This document shows positions 9,431 to 19,280 of a stretch of DNA of 41,788 bases, piece by piece. Origin of the DNA: Candidatus Parcubacteria bacterium (lineage in GTDB: Bacteria > Patescibacteriota > Minisyncoccia > Minisyncoccales > S141-161); the NCBI GenBank assembly GCA_027046565.1, contig JALTXW010000034.1, positions 1 to 41,788 on the forward strand. Reading direction: 5' to 3'. Below the pieces are notes generated by a model, which saw only the letters and a list, made by a program, of their open reading frames with translations, was not told where the DNA came from and searched no databases. A program made the translations under genes and the position numbers. Each line of letters starts with the position of its first letter. Position 1 is the stretch's first letter.

Positions 9431-10591
9431 TTAAATTAAGCTTTTAGATCTTCTTAATAAATCCCTTTCTTCTCTTTGAGAAAGTTTTGCAATTCTTGCA
9501 GCTTTTTCTAAGTAATCTAAAAGCTCATCATAAGTCTCTCTATCTACAGGATAAGGAGTTCCATCTTTACCTCCTACTGCAAAAGAGTACCTTGCAGGAT
9601 CTTCAAAGGAAGGTTTAGCTCCATAAATTAATTCTGAAACTAAAGCTAAAGCTCTAACCGTTTTAGGCCCTACCCCTTTAACCAGTAAAAGCTGGGTAAA
9701 GGATTTAGGCTTCTTTTGAGTTAAAAGATATAAGATCTTCTTTAAATACTTGCTTTGATAAAAATTTTCCTCTAATACCGGGTGATACTTAAACTCTACA
9801 TCTTTTAATTTTAAAGCTTTAAACTCTTCAAATAAAGAAGTTTGGAACCTCAAATATTGATGCAGTTTTGAGCCTTTAAAAGCTAAAATTTTTAAATCTT
9901 TCAGCAGACTTTGATAACTGCCAGAAAGCAAATCCAAACTAACCTTTTGACATTCTAAACTTTGTTTTGAAGTTAAATCTAAAACTTTATTTTCTAAAGC
10001 CTGAGCTAAAATTCCAAAATGAGGTTCTAAAGTAAAGCTTTTTAAGTTATCTGAAAGCCAGTGGTATCTTCTTGCTCTTTGGGTTTGAACATTCATCCCT
10101 TGTTGAACCACTACCCATTTGCCTTCTTTGGTAAAAAAGAAGGTGTGATGGTAAATTTGATAGCCATCTTGAACCAAAGAAGAATCTACTTTAGCTGAAA
10201 GTTTAGAAGCTAAAACTAACTTTTTAGCCAAGCTTTGAGTCAAAACCCCCTTTTCTCCCCAAGATAATATCTCTTGGGGGGTCTTTAAAGAAGTCCTTCC
10301 TTTACCTCCACAAATAAATATTCCTAAATCCTTAAAATCTTCTTTTAAACCTTCTTTTAAAGCTGCAGTTAAAGTAGTAGTTAAACCGGAAGCGTTCCAA
10401 TCAAAACCTGAAACTGAACCTAAAGCTTGAAACCAAACTGGGTCTGCAATCTTTTTTAAAAAGCCTTCCTTTCCTTCTCTTAAGATAATTAATTCAGCTA
10501 CCACTTTCCCTAATCTCTTCATCCTCTCAAAAAGCCAAGGAGGGCATTTTCCAGTGTCTAAGGTAAATTCCGCAATCCCTCTATTTGGCAT
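9431..10591 (-). CDS. DUF763 family protein
   Basis: PPWLFERM, DPVWFQALG...FDW..SG.TTT, KVDSSLVQDGYQIYHH, HhH-like GVGPKTVRAL, FAVGGKDG.PYPVD. Confidence 0.88.
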   Translation of the reverse strand: MPNRGIAEFTLDTGKCPPWLFERMKRLGKVVAELIILREGKEGFLKKIADPVWFQALGSVSGFDWNASGLTTTLTAALKEGLKEDFKDLGIFICGGKGRTSLKTPQEILSWGEKGVLTQSLAKKLVLASKLSAKVDSSLVQDGYQIYHHTFFFTKEGKWVVVQQGMNVQTQRARRYHWLSDNLKSFTLEPHFGILAQALENKVLDLTSKQSLECQKVSLDLLSGSYQSLLKDLKILAFKGSKLHQYLRFQTSLFEEFKALKLKDVEFKYHPVLEENFYQSKYLKKILYLLTQKKPKSFTQLLLVKGVGPKTVRALALVSELIYGAKPSFEDPARYSFAVGGKDGTPYPVDRETYDELLDYLEKAARIAKLSQREERDLLRRSKSLI

Positions 10592-10694
10592 TTCTCTTCT
10601 TTAATTTTCTTAAAGATTTAGATTTAAACTTTTCCACCTTAAGCTTAGCTTGATAATGAAATCTATGAGGAGTTCTATACCCAACTTTTTTCAT
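10581..10694 (-). CDS. Unannotated 37-aa basic small protein MKKVGYRTPHRFHYQAKLKVEKFKSKSLRKLKKRNAK
   Basis: ATG 8 nt after the upstream stop; fills the operon gap and overlaps the DUF763 start by 11 nt. Confidence 0.55.
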   Translation of the reverse strand: MKKVGYRTPHRFHYQAKLKVEKFKSKSLRKLKKRNAK

Positions 10695-10702
10695 AAAAGT
10701 TT

Positions 10703-11026
10703 TTAAGAAACTTTAGAGCCTTCAGGCACTTCTCTCTCTGGGACAATTAAAACGGGATTTGCCTCTGAATCTAAAACTGCTAAAAGCATCCCTTGACTTT
10801 CTACTCCTTTAATTACTTTAGGCTCTAAATTACAGACTACTACTATCTCTTTTCCTTTGAGTTCTTGAGGTTGATAAACTTTTCCTATCCCTGCAACTAT
10901 CTGCCTCCACTCAGAACCTAAGTCCACCTCTATTCTTAAAAGTTTATCTGTATTTGATATCTTTTCAGCTTCTATAATCTTTCCCACTCTTAAATCTAAC
11001 TTTTGAAAATCTTCTAACTTAATCAT
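10703..11026 (-). CDS. Stand-alone tRNA-binding OB-fold protein (MetRS C-terminal/Trbp111/CsaA-like)
   Basis: DF.KLDLRVGKI, DKLL, RQIVAGI, NLEPK...GVESQGMLLA. Confidence 0.9.
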   Translation of the reverse strand: MIKLEDFQKLDLRVGKIIEAEKISNTDKLLRIEVDLGSEWRQIVAGIGKVYQPQELKGKEIVVVCNLEPKVIKGVESQGMLLAVLDSEANPVLIVPEREVPEGSKVS

Positions 11027-11547
11027 TGATCTTGCAAAAATCTTTGGCGAGCTTCTTTTAGAAGCTCTAAAGCTTTATCTTTCCCTTCCCAACCTTTAAC
11101 TTTAGAAAACTTTCCTCCTTCTAACTTTTTATATTCCTGGAAAAAGTGAGCAATCTCATCTAAGTAATGCTTAGGAACTTGAGAAAGATCTTGAATAAAG
11201 TTAAAGTGAGGATTTTTAGCTGGAACACTTAAGATCTTGTGATCTATTCCCTCTTCATCTTCCATTAAAAATAAACCTATAGGCACAGCTTCAACTAAAA
11301 CTCCAGGAAAGGTAGGAGAGTCAGTTAGGACCATAGCATCTAAAGGATCTCCATCTTCTCCTTTAGTTTGAGGTAAAAAGCCATAATCTACAGGGTAAAA
11401 GAAGGGTGAATGCAAAACCCGATCTAACTCTATAACTCCATCCTCAAGGTTATACTCATATTTATTATAAGAACCTTTAGGGATTTCAATTAAAACTTTA
11501 ACTTTGTGAGGAAAGCTTTCAGGTTGAGGAAGGTTTAAATAGTTCAT
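11023..11547 (-). CDS. ppa: Family I inorganic pyrophosphatase
   Basis: IEIPKGS.NKYE, YP..YGF.PQT..EDGDPLD, HFF..YK.LE. Confidence 0.96.
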   Translation of the reverse strand: MNYLNLPQPESFPHKVKVLIEIPKGSYNKYEYNLEDGVIELDRVLHSPFFYPVDYGFLPQTKGEDGDPLDAMVLTDSPTFPGVLVEAVPIGLFLMEDEEGIDHKILSVPAKNPHFNFIQDLSQVPKHYLDEIAHFFQEYKKLEGGKFSKVKGWEGKDKALELLKEARQRFLQDQ

Positions 11548-11553
11548 AATTTT

Positions 11554-14541
11554 TTAATTAACTTTTTCAACTAAATCTCTAAGCTTGCACCACTGGCAAT
11601 CTTTATTTTTACACCTTTGTTCTCTAAAAGCAAAGCTTAAAATCTCCTCTGAAACTTTTCTGATCTGTTCTTTCAAAGCTTCGCTTTCCTCTTTGTTGAT
11701 CTCAAAATCAAAACTTTTAAATTCTAAATTTTCTGTAGGCTCTACATATTCTATCCTTCCTTTAATCATCTTATACTTTCCTCCCTTGTAAAGGTCAAGT
11801 AAAACTTTGTAAAAAACCAATTGGCGCTTTTCGTTGCCGCTGGAGTTTTTGGTCTTGCCTTCTAGTTCATTTCTACTTTTAGGTTTACCAGTTTTAAAAT
11901 CTATAACTCTTACCTCTAAATTTTCAGAGAGAATATCTACTTTATCTAACCTTCCTTTTAGCCTAATCTTATCATCTAACAAAACCCCTCTAATTTCTAC
12001 TTCAGCTAAAGCTTTAGGATAAAAATTGTCAGCTTTAGCTTCAAAGTAATGAGAGAGATTTTTTATTCCTCTCTTTAAATACCTCTCAAAATCTGGCAAA
12101 GAAAGAGCTTGGTTTTTCAAATAAAACTCAAACCTTTCTAAAAGAAACTCTTTGGTCACCTTCTTTCCTTTGGCCATTTGATTAAAAAGATCCCTTAAAG
12201 CATCGTGGATAGAAGTTCCATACATTTGATAAGGCTCTTTAGGTTTAGGGATTCGAATTAAGCTTAAATAAAAGTATTTCCAAGGGCACTCTAAATAGTT
12301 ATTTAAAGAAACTGCAGAGAGGCCTTGCTCTAAAAATCTTTCTTGAATATATTCTTTTTCTTTTTTAAAAATCTTTTTTGAAGAACTCAATCTTGGAACC
12401 AAAACCTTCTTTTCTAATTCTTCTTCGTAAGCTGAAACTTCTAAAGGTTCAATAAGCTCTTCTTTAATTTCTTTTACAAACTGAGAAGGTAAAAGCTCTT
12501 TTTTATTTTTATCTTCTTTAGCTAAAGTGATAAATACCTCTTTTCTACCTCGAGTCAAAGCAACATAAAAGAGTCTCCTTTCATCTTCTAAAGGATCTTG
12601 ATCTTCAATATCCTTTCCAGTTAAAGAATAAACTTTGGTAGGAAGCTTAATTCGAGAAGCAACTTTCCTATTTCCCCATTTTCCATCTTGAGCCTTAATA
12701 ATAAAAACGTAGTCAAACTCTCTTCCTTTAGCTTTATGAGCAGTCATTAACCTTACTCTATTTTCCTTTCTTTTTGCTATGCTTCTTTTAATCGAAACCC
12801 TATACTCTTGCATCGTTTGAAGATAATCTAAAAAGTCTTTTAAGTTATCTGACTTGTGTCTTAAAGTAAAGTTCTCAAGCTCCTTGAAAAACCCTTTTAA
12901 CCTTTCAGCCTTTTCTAAGTAATCTTCTTTTTGCAAAAGATAACTTAAAAATCCAGACTCTAAAGCTATCCTTTCCACTAAATGGGGTAAAGAAAGATTT
13001 TGAGAAAGTATCACCCACTCTTTAAAAAGATGGTAAAAGTTCAAAATATGCTCTAAGGAAGATAAATTTAATTTTTTAACTTTTTCCTGCTCTTCTAAAA
13101 TTTCAAATAAAGTTTTTTCTTGATCTTTAGCAAAGTTTAAGAGCTTTAATACATCCACCCAATCTATCTTCAAAAAATCTAAATGTAAAGCTGAAATTAA
13201 ACTTTCTGGCGAAGTAAAATTAGCTACAGCTTCTAAAAGCTTGATTAGCTTTTGGATGTCAAAATCTTCTAAAATATCTTGTTCAGATTCCACTACAAAA
13301 GGTATTTCTTCTTTTTCCAAGAAATAAGCTATATCTTTAAAATCTGCATTATCTCTATACAAAATTGCAATTTCGTGGAGAGGCACTCCTTTTGATTTTA
13401 GCTCCTTTATCTTTTTAGCTACAAAAAACATTTCTGCTTCCGGAGTAGACAGCACAGCTAACTTAATCTTCTCTAAAGGATGATTAACTTGGGATTTCAA
13501 CTCTAATTCCTCCTTAATTAAGCTTTGAGCTGAATCTAAGATTAACTGTTGAGAGCGATAGTTTTGAGTAAGTTCGATTAATTTTGCAGAGGGGAATCTT
13601 TGTTTAAAGTAAACAAAGTTTTCTAAAGATGCACCCTGAAACCTAAAGATAGCCTGTTTTTGATCTCCCACTACAAAGACATTAGGGTTAGGATGGAAAC
13701 TAGATAAGAGCTCAACTATCTTATTTTGAGCTTTATTGGTATCTTGATGTTCATCTACCAAAATATACTGGTACCTTTCTTGCAATATTAACAGTAAGTC
13801 TTTCTCTCTTTCTAAGGCATTCAAAACCTCCATTATCATATCAGTATAGTCGTAAAACTTTTCTTGAGCTAACCTTTGCTGATAAAGTTTGTAAATCTCA
13901 GCTAACTCCAAGTTCTTTTTGATAAACTTTAGCTCTTGCAAATATTTGCCTTTCATCCTTCCTTTATAAGGACCTTTTTGATGGTAGAGATCTTTAATTT
14001 TATAAAATCTTTCTTCCTCTTCTTTAGCTAACTGGCGAAGAAGATCTGGAGTAATATTTTCTCTTTTTAACTCTGATATAGCTTGCAAAATATCTTTAAG
14101 ATAAAAGAGAGGATTCCCAAAAGGTTTAAGATACTCAAAGATCCTGGCTTCTAAAATCTCAGCTATAATCTTAATTTGCTCTACTTCTCCAATATGTATG
14201 GAACCTATAATTTTAGGAAAATACTCGGGAAATTCCTGGATGATCCTGTTACAAAAGCTGTGAAAAGTGAAGATTTGAACTCTATAAGCTAAACTTCCAA
14301 TAATTTCTACCAATCTCTTTCGCATCTCCACTACAGCTGAATCTGTAAAAGTTAAAGCTAAAATGTTTTCTGGTTCTGTATCTGTAATCCTAAGAATATT
14401 GGCTATTCTTAAAGTCAAAACATGAGTCTTTCCCGTACCTGGTCCAGCAACTACCATTACTGGTCCTTCAATAGTATCTACTGCTAACTTTTGTTCAGGG
14501 TTTAGTTGAGAGTAAAGTTTCAAAAATTTATCCTCTTGCAT
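11554..14541 (-). CDS. UvrD/PcrA-family SF1 helicase fused to a C-terminal PD-(D/E)XK (RecB-type) nuclease
   Basis: AGPGTGKT, LVDEHQD, VGD.KQAIF.F.GA, QNYRS, TAHKAKGREF, ERRLFYVALTR; nuclease GRLD..D...IDFKTG; four Cys. Confidence 0.92.
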   Translation of the reverse strand: MQEDKFLKLYSQLNPEQKLAVDTIEGPVMVVAGPGTGKTHVLTLRIANILRITDTEPENILALTFTDSAVVEMRKRLVEIIGSLAYRVQIFTFHSFCNRIIQEFPEYFPKIIGSIHIGEVEQIKIIAEILEARIFEYLKPFGNPLFYLKDILQAISELKRENITPDLLRQLAKEEEERFYKIKDLYHQKGPYKGRMKGKYLQELKFIKKNLELAEIYKLYQQRLAQEKFYDYTDMIMEVLNALEREKDLLLILQERYQYILVDEHQDTNKAQNKIVELLSSFHPNPNVFVVGDQKQAIFRFQGASLENFVYFKQRFPSAKLIELTQNYRSQQLILDSAQSLIKEELELKSQVNHPLEKIKLAVLSTPEAEMFFVAKKIKELKSKGVPLHEIAILYRDNADFKDIAYFLEKEEIPFVVESEQDILEDFDIQKLIKLLEAVANFTSPESLISALHLDFLKIDWVDVLKLLNFAKDQEKTLFEILEEQEKVKKLNLSSLEHILNFYHLFKEWVILSQNLSLPHLVERIALESGFLSYLLQKEDYLEKAERLKGFFKELENFTLRHKSDNLKDFLDYLQTMQEYRVSIKRSIAKRKENRVRLMTAHKAKGREFDYVFIIKAQDGKWGNRKVASRIKLPTKVYSLTGKDIEDQDPLEDERRLFYVALTRGRKEVFITLAKEDKNKKELLPSQFVKEIKEELIEPLEVSAYEEELEKKVLVPRLSSSKKIFKKEKEYIQERFLEQGLSAVSLNNYLECPWKYFYLSLIRIPKPKEPYQMYGTSIHDALRDLFNQMAKGKKVTKEFLLERFEFYLKNQALSLPDFERYLKRGIKNLSHYFEAKADNFYPKALAEVEIRGVLLDDKIRLKGRLDKVDILSENLEVRVIDFKTGKPKSRNELEGKTKNSSGNEKRQLVFYKVLLDLYKGGKYKMIKGRIEYVEPTENLEFKSFDFEINKEESEALKEQIRKVSEEILSFAFREQRCKNKDCQWCKLRDLVEKVN

Positions 14542-17149
14542 TGCCTCTTACCTCATCTTTAATTATTTCTACTATAGCCAATTGAAAAATAGAGCTCAAA
14601 AGAGGAAAGATCCAAAGAAGCAAAGGCAAGGGAGCAGTACCTAACAAAAGATTCAAAGGTTTAAAGTAAACAGCCAAAAGTAAAAGCGTAAAACTTAAAA
14701 TTACGGTAAAGTTCAAAAACTTATTTCCCCAAAACGAGATGTGAGCTATAGGCTCTTTTAAAGATTTTAAGGCAAAGATTATAAACAAAGAGTTGGATGC
14801 TAAGAGAGTCAAAACTACGGTTCGAGCTACCTCTAAAGGATAACCTAAAATTTGATTAACTATCCAAAAAGAAGCTAAGGCTATCAAAGCTGCAACTAAT
14901 CCCATATAAAGAACAATCTTTTTAATCAGACTATCTACTAACTTTGATATCTCTTTTAAAGGTTTCCTATTCATTATTCCCTTTTCTCCTTTTTCAAAAC
15001 CTAAAGCCGCTCCAGGTAAAGTATCTTCTATAAAGTTTAACCATAAAATTTGAATTCCAGTCATAGGGAGAGGAAGATTTAAAAAGAGAGCAAACATTAT
15101 AAGCCAAACTTCGGTAAAAGAATCTATAAGCAAAAAAGCTAAACTCTTTTTGATATTATCTAGGACTATCCTTCCTTGTTTTACAGCTTCCACTATCACT
15201 TTAAACCCATTTTCTAATAAAATTAGATCTGCAGAAGATTTAGCAATATCAGTGCCATCTGCTAAAGCTATACCTATATCAGCTGATTTCAAAGCAGGAG
15301 CATCGTTAATTCCGTCCCCGGTCATAGCTACAATCTCTTTTTTATCCTGTAGAACATCTACAATTTTAATTTTGTTTTCAGGAGTAGCTCGAGCTATAAT
15401 CTCTACTCTTTCTAAAGCTGTGCTTAACTCCTTTGTAGATAAAGAATCTATATCTTTTCCTTCTAAAACATAATCTCTTCCAGTTTTAAATCCTAATTCT
15501 TTGCCCACTCTTTCTGCAGTAAGCTTGTGATCTCCAGTGATCATTATCACCTTAATTCCTGCCTTTCTTACTTCTTTTAAAGCTTCTTTGACTTCCTCTC
15601 TAATAGGATCTTCTAAAGCTAAAAGAGCTAAAAACTCTAAATCTTTTAGTTTTGCCAAAAGTTCCTCGTGAGAATATTCTTTTTCCTCTAAAGTGACTTC
15701 TTTTTTAGCTAAAGCTATTACTCTTTTCCCTTCTTGGGCTAATCTCGCCTCCTGCTTTAAAACTTCAACCTTCTCAGAATCTGAAAGCTTTAGTTTATCT
15801 AAAATAGCTTCTAAGGCCCCAGCTAAAAATATAGCCTTTTGATTAAAAGAGGCTAAAAATCTTCTTTTAGAACTAAAGGGCAAGAAAGCGATTTTCTTGT
15901 TTAACTCCTCTGCTTCTTTAACTTTTATCCCTAAATCTAAAGCTGCTTTTAAAAGAGCTTGATCAGTAGGATCTCCTATAATTACTTCTTTATTCCCTTG
16001 ATAAGTTATTTTAGCTTCATTAGCAAAATACAAAGCCTCTCTTAACCCTTTCGTAAAACCAAAATTCTCTTCCAGCTGTAGGTCTTTAAAATCAAAACTT
16101 CCTTTTAAATTAACCACTTTCACCAAACTCATCTCCCCTTTGGTCAAGGTACCGGTCTTATCTACGCATATTACAGAAACCGAACCTAAAGTTTCTGCTG
16201 ATGAAAATCTTTTAATTAAACCTTTCTTCTGAAGAATCCTTAAGCTGGCAATAGCTAAAATTAAAGTTAAAGCTGGAACCAAACCTTCCGGAACCGAAGC
16301 TACTGCAACTGCTAAAGAAAGAAGTAGCACTTCCTCTAAGCTACGATTTTGTAAAATCCCAAGTAGAAATATCACTCCTACCAAAATTCCAATGATCAAA
16401 GTTAAAAACTTAGCTAAAACCTCGATTCTCTTTTGAAGAGGAGTTTTGTCTAACTTTATCTTTTTTACCAAGGTGGCAATCTTCCCTAACTCAGTATTCA
16501 TTCCGGTAGCTACTACTATTCCCTTCGCCTCTCCTTCTTCTATAAAAGTACCCATAAATAGCATATTCTTTCTTTCAGCCAAGGGTGTTTCTTTAGGTAA
16601 AAAGTCTAAAGCTTCTTTTTTTACTGGAAGGAATTCTCCGGTAAGAGGTGCTTCTCTTACTATCAAATTAGAGCCTTCTAAAATTCTAATATCAGCTGGA
16701 ACTTTTTCTCCTGCCTTCAAGATTACAATATCTCCTGGCACTAAATCTTTAAAAGACACGCTTTCAAATCTTCTGTCTCTCAATACCAAAACCTTTTTAT
16801 CTAAAGCTGAAGCCAACTTTCTTAACACATTTTCTGCTTTATAGCTTTGCCATACTCCCATTCCTAAACTAAAGCTCCCGGCTAAAAAGATCGCTAAAGC
16901 ATCTAACAATTCTCCTAAAATTAAAGAGATCAAACCTGCAAACACTAAGATCAAAACCAACGGATTTAAAATTTGATCTAAAAGGTTTCTAACTAAAGGA
17001 TGAACCTGCTGAGGAGAGATTTCATTTTTCCCCCAAAGCTTAAGTCTTTCTTGGACTTCTTTTAAACTTAAGCCTGAAGTAAGATCAACTTTAAGTTTTT
17101 TTAAAAGCTCATTTTTAGAAACAAAGTGAGGGTAGTTTAAAGCTTCCAT
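14528..17149 (-). CDS. Cation-transporting P-type ATPase (type IIA/Ca2+-like)
   Basis: LTGE, VPEGL, DKTGTLT, TGDH, TGDGINDAPALK. Confidence 0.93.
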   Translation of the reverse strand: MEALNYPHFVSKNELLKKLKVDLTSGLSLKEVQERLKLWGKNEISPQQVHPLVRNLLDQILNPLVLILVFAGLISLILGELLDALAIFLAGSFSLGMGVWQSYKAENVLRKLASALDKKVLVLRDRRFESVSFKDLVPGDIVILKAGEKVPADIRILEGSNLIVREAPLTGEFLPVKKEALDFLPKETPLAERKNMLFMGTFIEEGEAKGIVVATGMNTELGKIATLVKKIKLDKTPLQKRIEVLAKFLTLIIGILVGVIFLLGILQNRSLEEVLLLSLAVAVASVPEGLVPALTLILAIASLRILQKKGLIKRFSSAETLGSVSVICVDKTGTLTKGEMSLVKVVNLKGSFDFKDLQLEENFGFTKGLREALYFANEAKITYQGNKEVIIGDPTDQALLKAALDLGIKVKEAEELNKKIAFLPFSSKRRFLASFNQKAIFLAGALEAILDKLKLSDSEKVEVLKQEARLAQEGKRVIALAKKEVTLEEKEYSHEELLAKLKDLEFLALLALEDPIREEVKEALKEVRKAGIKVIMITGDHKLTAERVGKELGFKTGRDYVLEGKDIDSLSTKELSTALERVEIIARATPENKIKIVDVLQDKKEIVAMTGDGINDAPALKSADIGIALADGTDIAKSSADLILLENGFKVIVEAVKQGRIVLDNIKKSLAFLLIDSFTEVWLIMFALFLNLPLPMTGIQILWLNFIEDTLPGAALGFEKGEKGIMNRKPLKEISKLVDSLIKKIVLYMGLVAALIALASFWIVNQILGYPLEVARTVVLTLLASNSLFIIFALKSLKEPIAHISFWGNKFLNFTVILSFTLLLLAVYFKPLNLLLGTAPLPLLLWIFPLLSSIFQLAIVEIIKDEVRGNARG

Positions 17150-17151
17150 TT

Positions 17152-18162
17152 TTAACTTACAAGATTAATAGGTTTACCCTCCAAAAAAGATTTCAGATTT
17201 TCCAAAGTGGTATCCAGTATTCTATACAAAGCTTCCCAAGAATTAAAGGCAGTATGAGGAGTAATTAATACATTAGGCATCTTCATCAAAATATGGTTTT
17301 CCAAGAGAACCTTTAAAGTATCTTTCTTCAACTCTTGAGAGGTTAAGAGTCCAAGTTCCTCCTTAGTTTCTTTTTCTCCTTCTAAAACATCCAAACCTGC
17401 ACCAGCTAATCTTCCTTCTTTTAAAGCTAAAATCAAAGCTTCAGTATCTACTATTGGCCCTCTTGCGGTATTGATTAAGTAAGCTCCTTTCTTAATTAAC
17501 TTGATATTTTCCTTATTAATCAAATGCTTAGTTTGATCAGTTAAAGGACAATGGATAGTAATTATATCAGAGTTTTGCAAAAGTTTTTCTAAAGAAACAT
17601 ATTCAAATCCTTGTTCTTTGGCAAACTCTAAATCCGGATAAGGGTCAGAAGCTAAAACTTTCATTCCAAAACCTTTAGCAATCTTAATCACCTCTTTGCC
17701 AATACTACCTGTTCCTATGACTCCTAAAGTCTTTCCTTTCAAATCAGTACCTCTTAAATTTTCTAAAGAAAAAGACTCAATTTCCTTGATCTGATCTATG
17801 GCGTGATAGATCTTACGAGTCAAATTTAAAATTAACCCAAAAGTAAATTCAGCCACAGTATTAGCTCCATACCTTGGCACATTGGAAACTAAAATTCCTC
17901 GCTCTTTACAACTCTTAAGATCAATGTGATCAAATCCAGTAGATCTAGTAGTGATGTATTTTAAGCTTGGAAAATGATCTAATACTTTAGAGTTAATTCT
18001 TGAACCTACAAATACTGAGATTATTTCAAAGTCTTTTTTTGAGGGTAGATTATTTTCATCTAAAGGATGAGAATAAAAAGAAACTTCTAAAGGTAAGTGC
18101 TTGAGTTTTGGCTCAAGATATTTTTGTTCCCAATCTTGAGTTCCAAAAAAACCTATTTTCAT
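17152..18162 (-). CDS. D-isomer-specific 2-hydroxyacid dehydrogenase (D-lactate dehydrogenase-like)
   Basis: RSTGFDHID, GVIGTGSIG, INTARG, LDVLEGE, ITPHTAF. Confidence 0.9.
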   Translation of the reverse strand: MKIGFFGTQDWEQKYLEPKLKHLPLEVSFYSHPLDENNLPSKKDFEIISVFVGSRINSKVLDHFPSLKYITTRSTGFDHIDLKSCKERGILVSNVPRYGANTVAEFTFGLILNLTRKIYHAIDQIKEIESFSLENLRGTDLKGKTLGVIGTGSIGKEVIKIAKGFGMKVLASDPYPDLEFAKEQGFEYVSLEKLLQNSDIITIHCPLTDQTKHLINKENIKLIKKGAYLINTARGPIVDTEALILALKEGRLAGAGLDVLEGEKETKEELGLLTSQELKKDTLKVLLENHILMKMPNVLITPHTAFNSWEALYRILDTTLENLKSFLEGKPINLVS

Positions 18163-18209
18163 AATAATTTTATTTTTAAGATTTTTTAGTTTTAAAGAAT
18201 TTTAAAGTA

Positions 18210-18653
18210 TTATTCTTCTTTTTTAAACCTGCCCATCAACTCAGCTGTATCTAACACTTTACCTCGGATATAATTGAAAAGCTCCTCTTTAGAGGTAGAA
18301 TAAGGCAAATCTAAAATTTCAGAAAGAGCGTAGACTTTAAAGAAATAGCGGTGTTCACCAAAAGGAGGACAAGGCCCACCATAACCTTTAGATCCGAAAT
18401 CGTTTATTCCCTCTACAGCTCCAGGAATTTCCCCTCCTTCAGAAATCTCCCCTATATCCGGAGGAATATTCCACACCATCCAATGCAAAAAGGTTCCCCT
18501 TGGAGCGTCGGGATCTTCCATAATTAAAACTAAACTTTTAGCCTCTTTAGGTACTTGATAAATCTTTAAAGGAGGACTTATATCTTCTCCTTGGCAGGTA
18601 TACTTTTTAGGGATATAATCTCCAGGATTAAAAGCTGAACTTTCAATTTTCAT
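18210..18653 (-). CDS. YbhB/YbcL (PEBP/Raf-kinase-inhibitor-like) protein
   Basis: IPKKYTC.GEDISPPL, DPDAP, HW, YGGPCPP.G.HRY. Confidence 0.92.
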   Translation of the reverse strand: MKIESSAFNPGDYIPKKYTCQGEDISPPLKIYQVPKEAKSLVLIMEDPDAPRGTFLHWMVWNIPPDIGEISEGGEIPGAVEGINDFGSKGYGGPCPPFGEHRYFFKVYALSEILDLPYSTSKEELFNYIRGKVLDTAELMGRFKKEE

Positions 18654-18689
18654 AACCTTCTTTGAAAAATTAAGATTAATTTTTGACCT

Positions 18690-18773
18690 TTAGCTCAACT
18701 CTTGGAGATAAATTAAAAAACCTAAAGCTAAAATTAAAAGCAAAATTAAAAGCAAAAGCCTTGTTACTTTCAT
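18690..18773 (-). CDS. 27-aa hydrophobic peptide MKVTRLLLLILLLILALGFLIYLQELS, in frame with the YbhB/YbcL gene and separated from it by one TAA
   Basis: ATG at 18773 is 120 nt upstream of the ATG at 18653; the only in-frame stop is at 18690-18692. Confidence 0.55.
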   Translation of the reverse strand: MKVTRLLLLILLLILALGFLIYLQELS

Positions 18774-18842
18774 CTTGCTTTCTCATCTATTTTAAAGAAA
18801 TTTACCTTTTAGTTCAAAATAGGCTATAATTAATTAAAGCTT

Positions 18843-19172
18843 ATGAACTTAAAGAAGAAAACAATCTCTTTCGTAGGGTGGATGCTTCTTTTTGCAGGAC
18901 TTGGAATAATAGCCTGGAGCTTATGGCAATCTTTTAATATCTTCACTGGAAAAATAAACCCTCCAGATGTGTTTGAAGTTACTGAAAATAATACAAAAAA
19001 TTTAAACTTACCTCCAAACCAAAAGTTACTTGAAAAAATACTCTTAAATCAGATCCCAATTCAAGAGTTGTCAGTAAAAACTTTCAATTTAATTGCTTGG
19101 TCTATCTTTGTTGGAATCTTAATCTTTGGAGGAGCTAAAATCTCCCAACTTGGAATCCAACTTCTAAAGTAA
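18843..19172 (+). CDS. Hypothetical two-TM membrane protein
   Basis: Two hydrophobic helices; TATAAT just upstream. Confidence 0.75.
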   Translation: MNLKKKTISFVGWMLLFAGLGIIAWSLWQSFNIFTGKINPPDVFEVTENNTKNLNLPPNQKLLEKILLNQIPIQELSVKTFNLIAWSIFVGILIFGGAKISQLGIQLLK

Positions 19173-19280
19173 AACTTTCAGGGCATACTAAAATGTTTTG
19201 TGCAACCACATTTAGGAGATTATTAAATTTCTTGAAATAACTTTTTAATTCCAAGAACCAATATTAAAACCTTAAAGGTA

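Noticed and set aside
6305-11025. Alternative genetic code (TGA recoded)
   Set aside because: TGA ends acyP, ogt and ppa at the expected positions, and long genes have no in-frame TGA.
18676-18786. Alternative 36-aa minus-strand ORF MRKQDESNKAFAFNF...
   Set aside because: The overlapping frame encodes a clear signal anchor in frame with ybhB and is more plausible.
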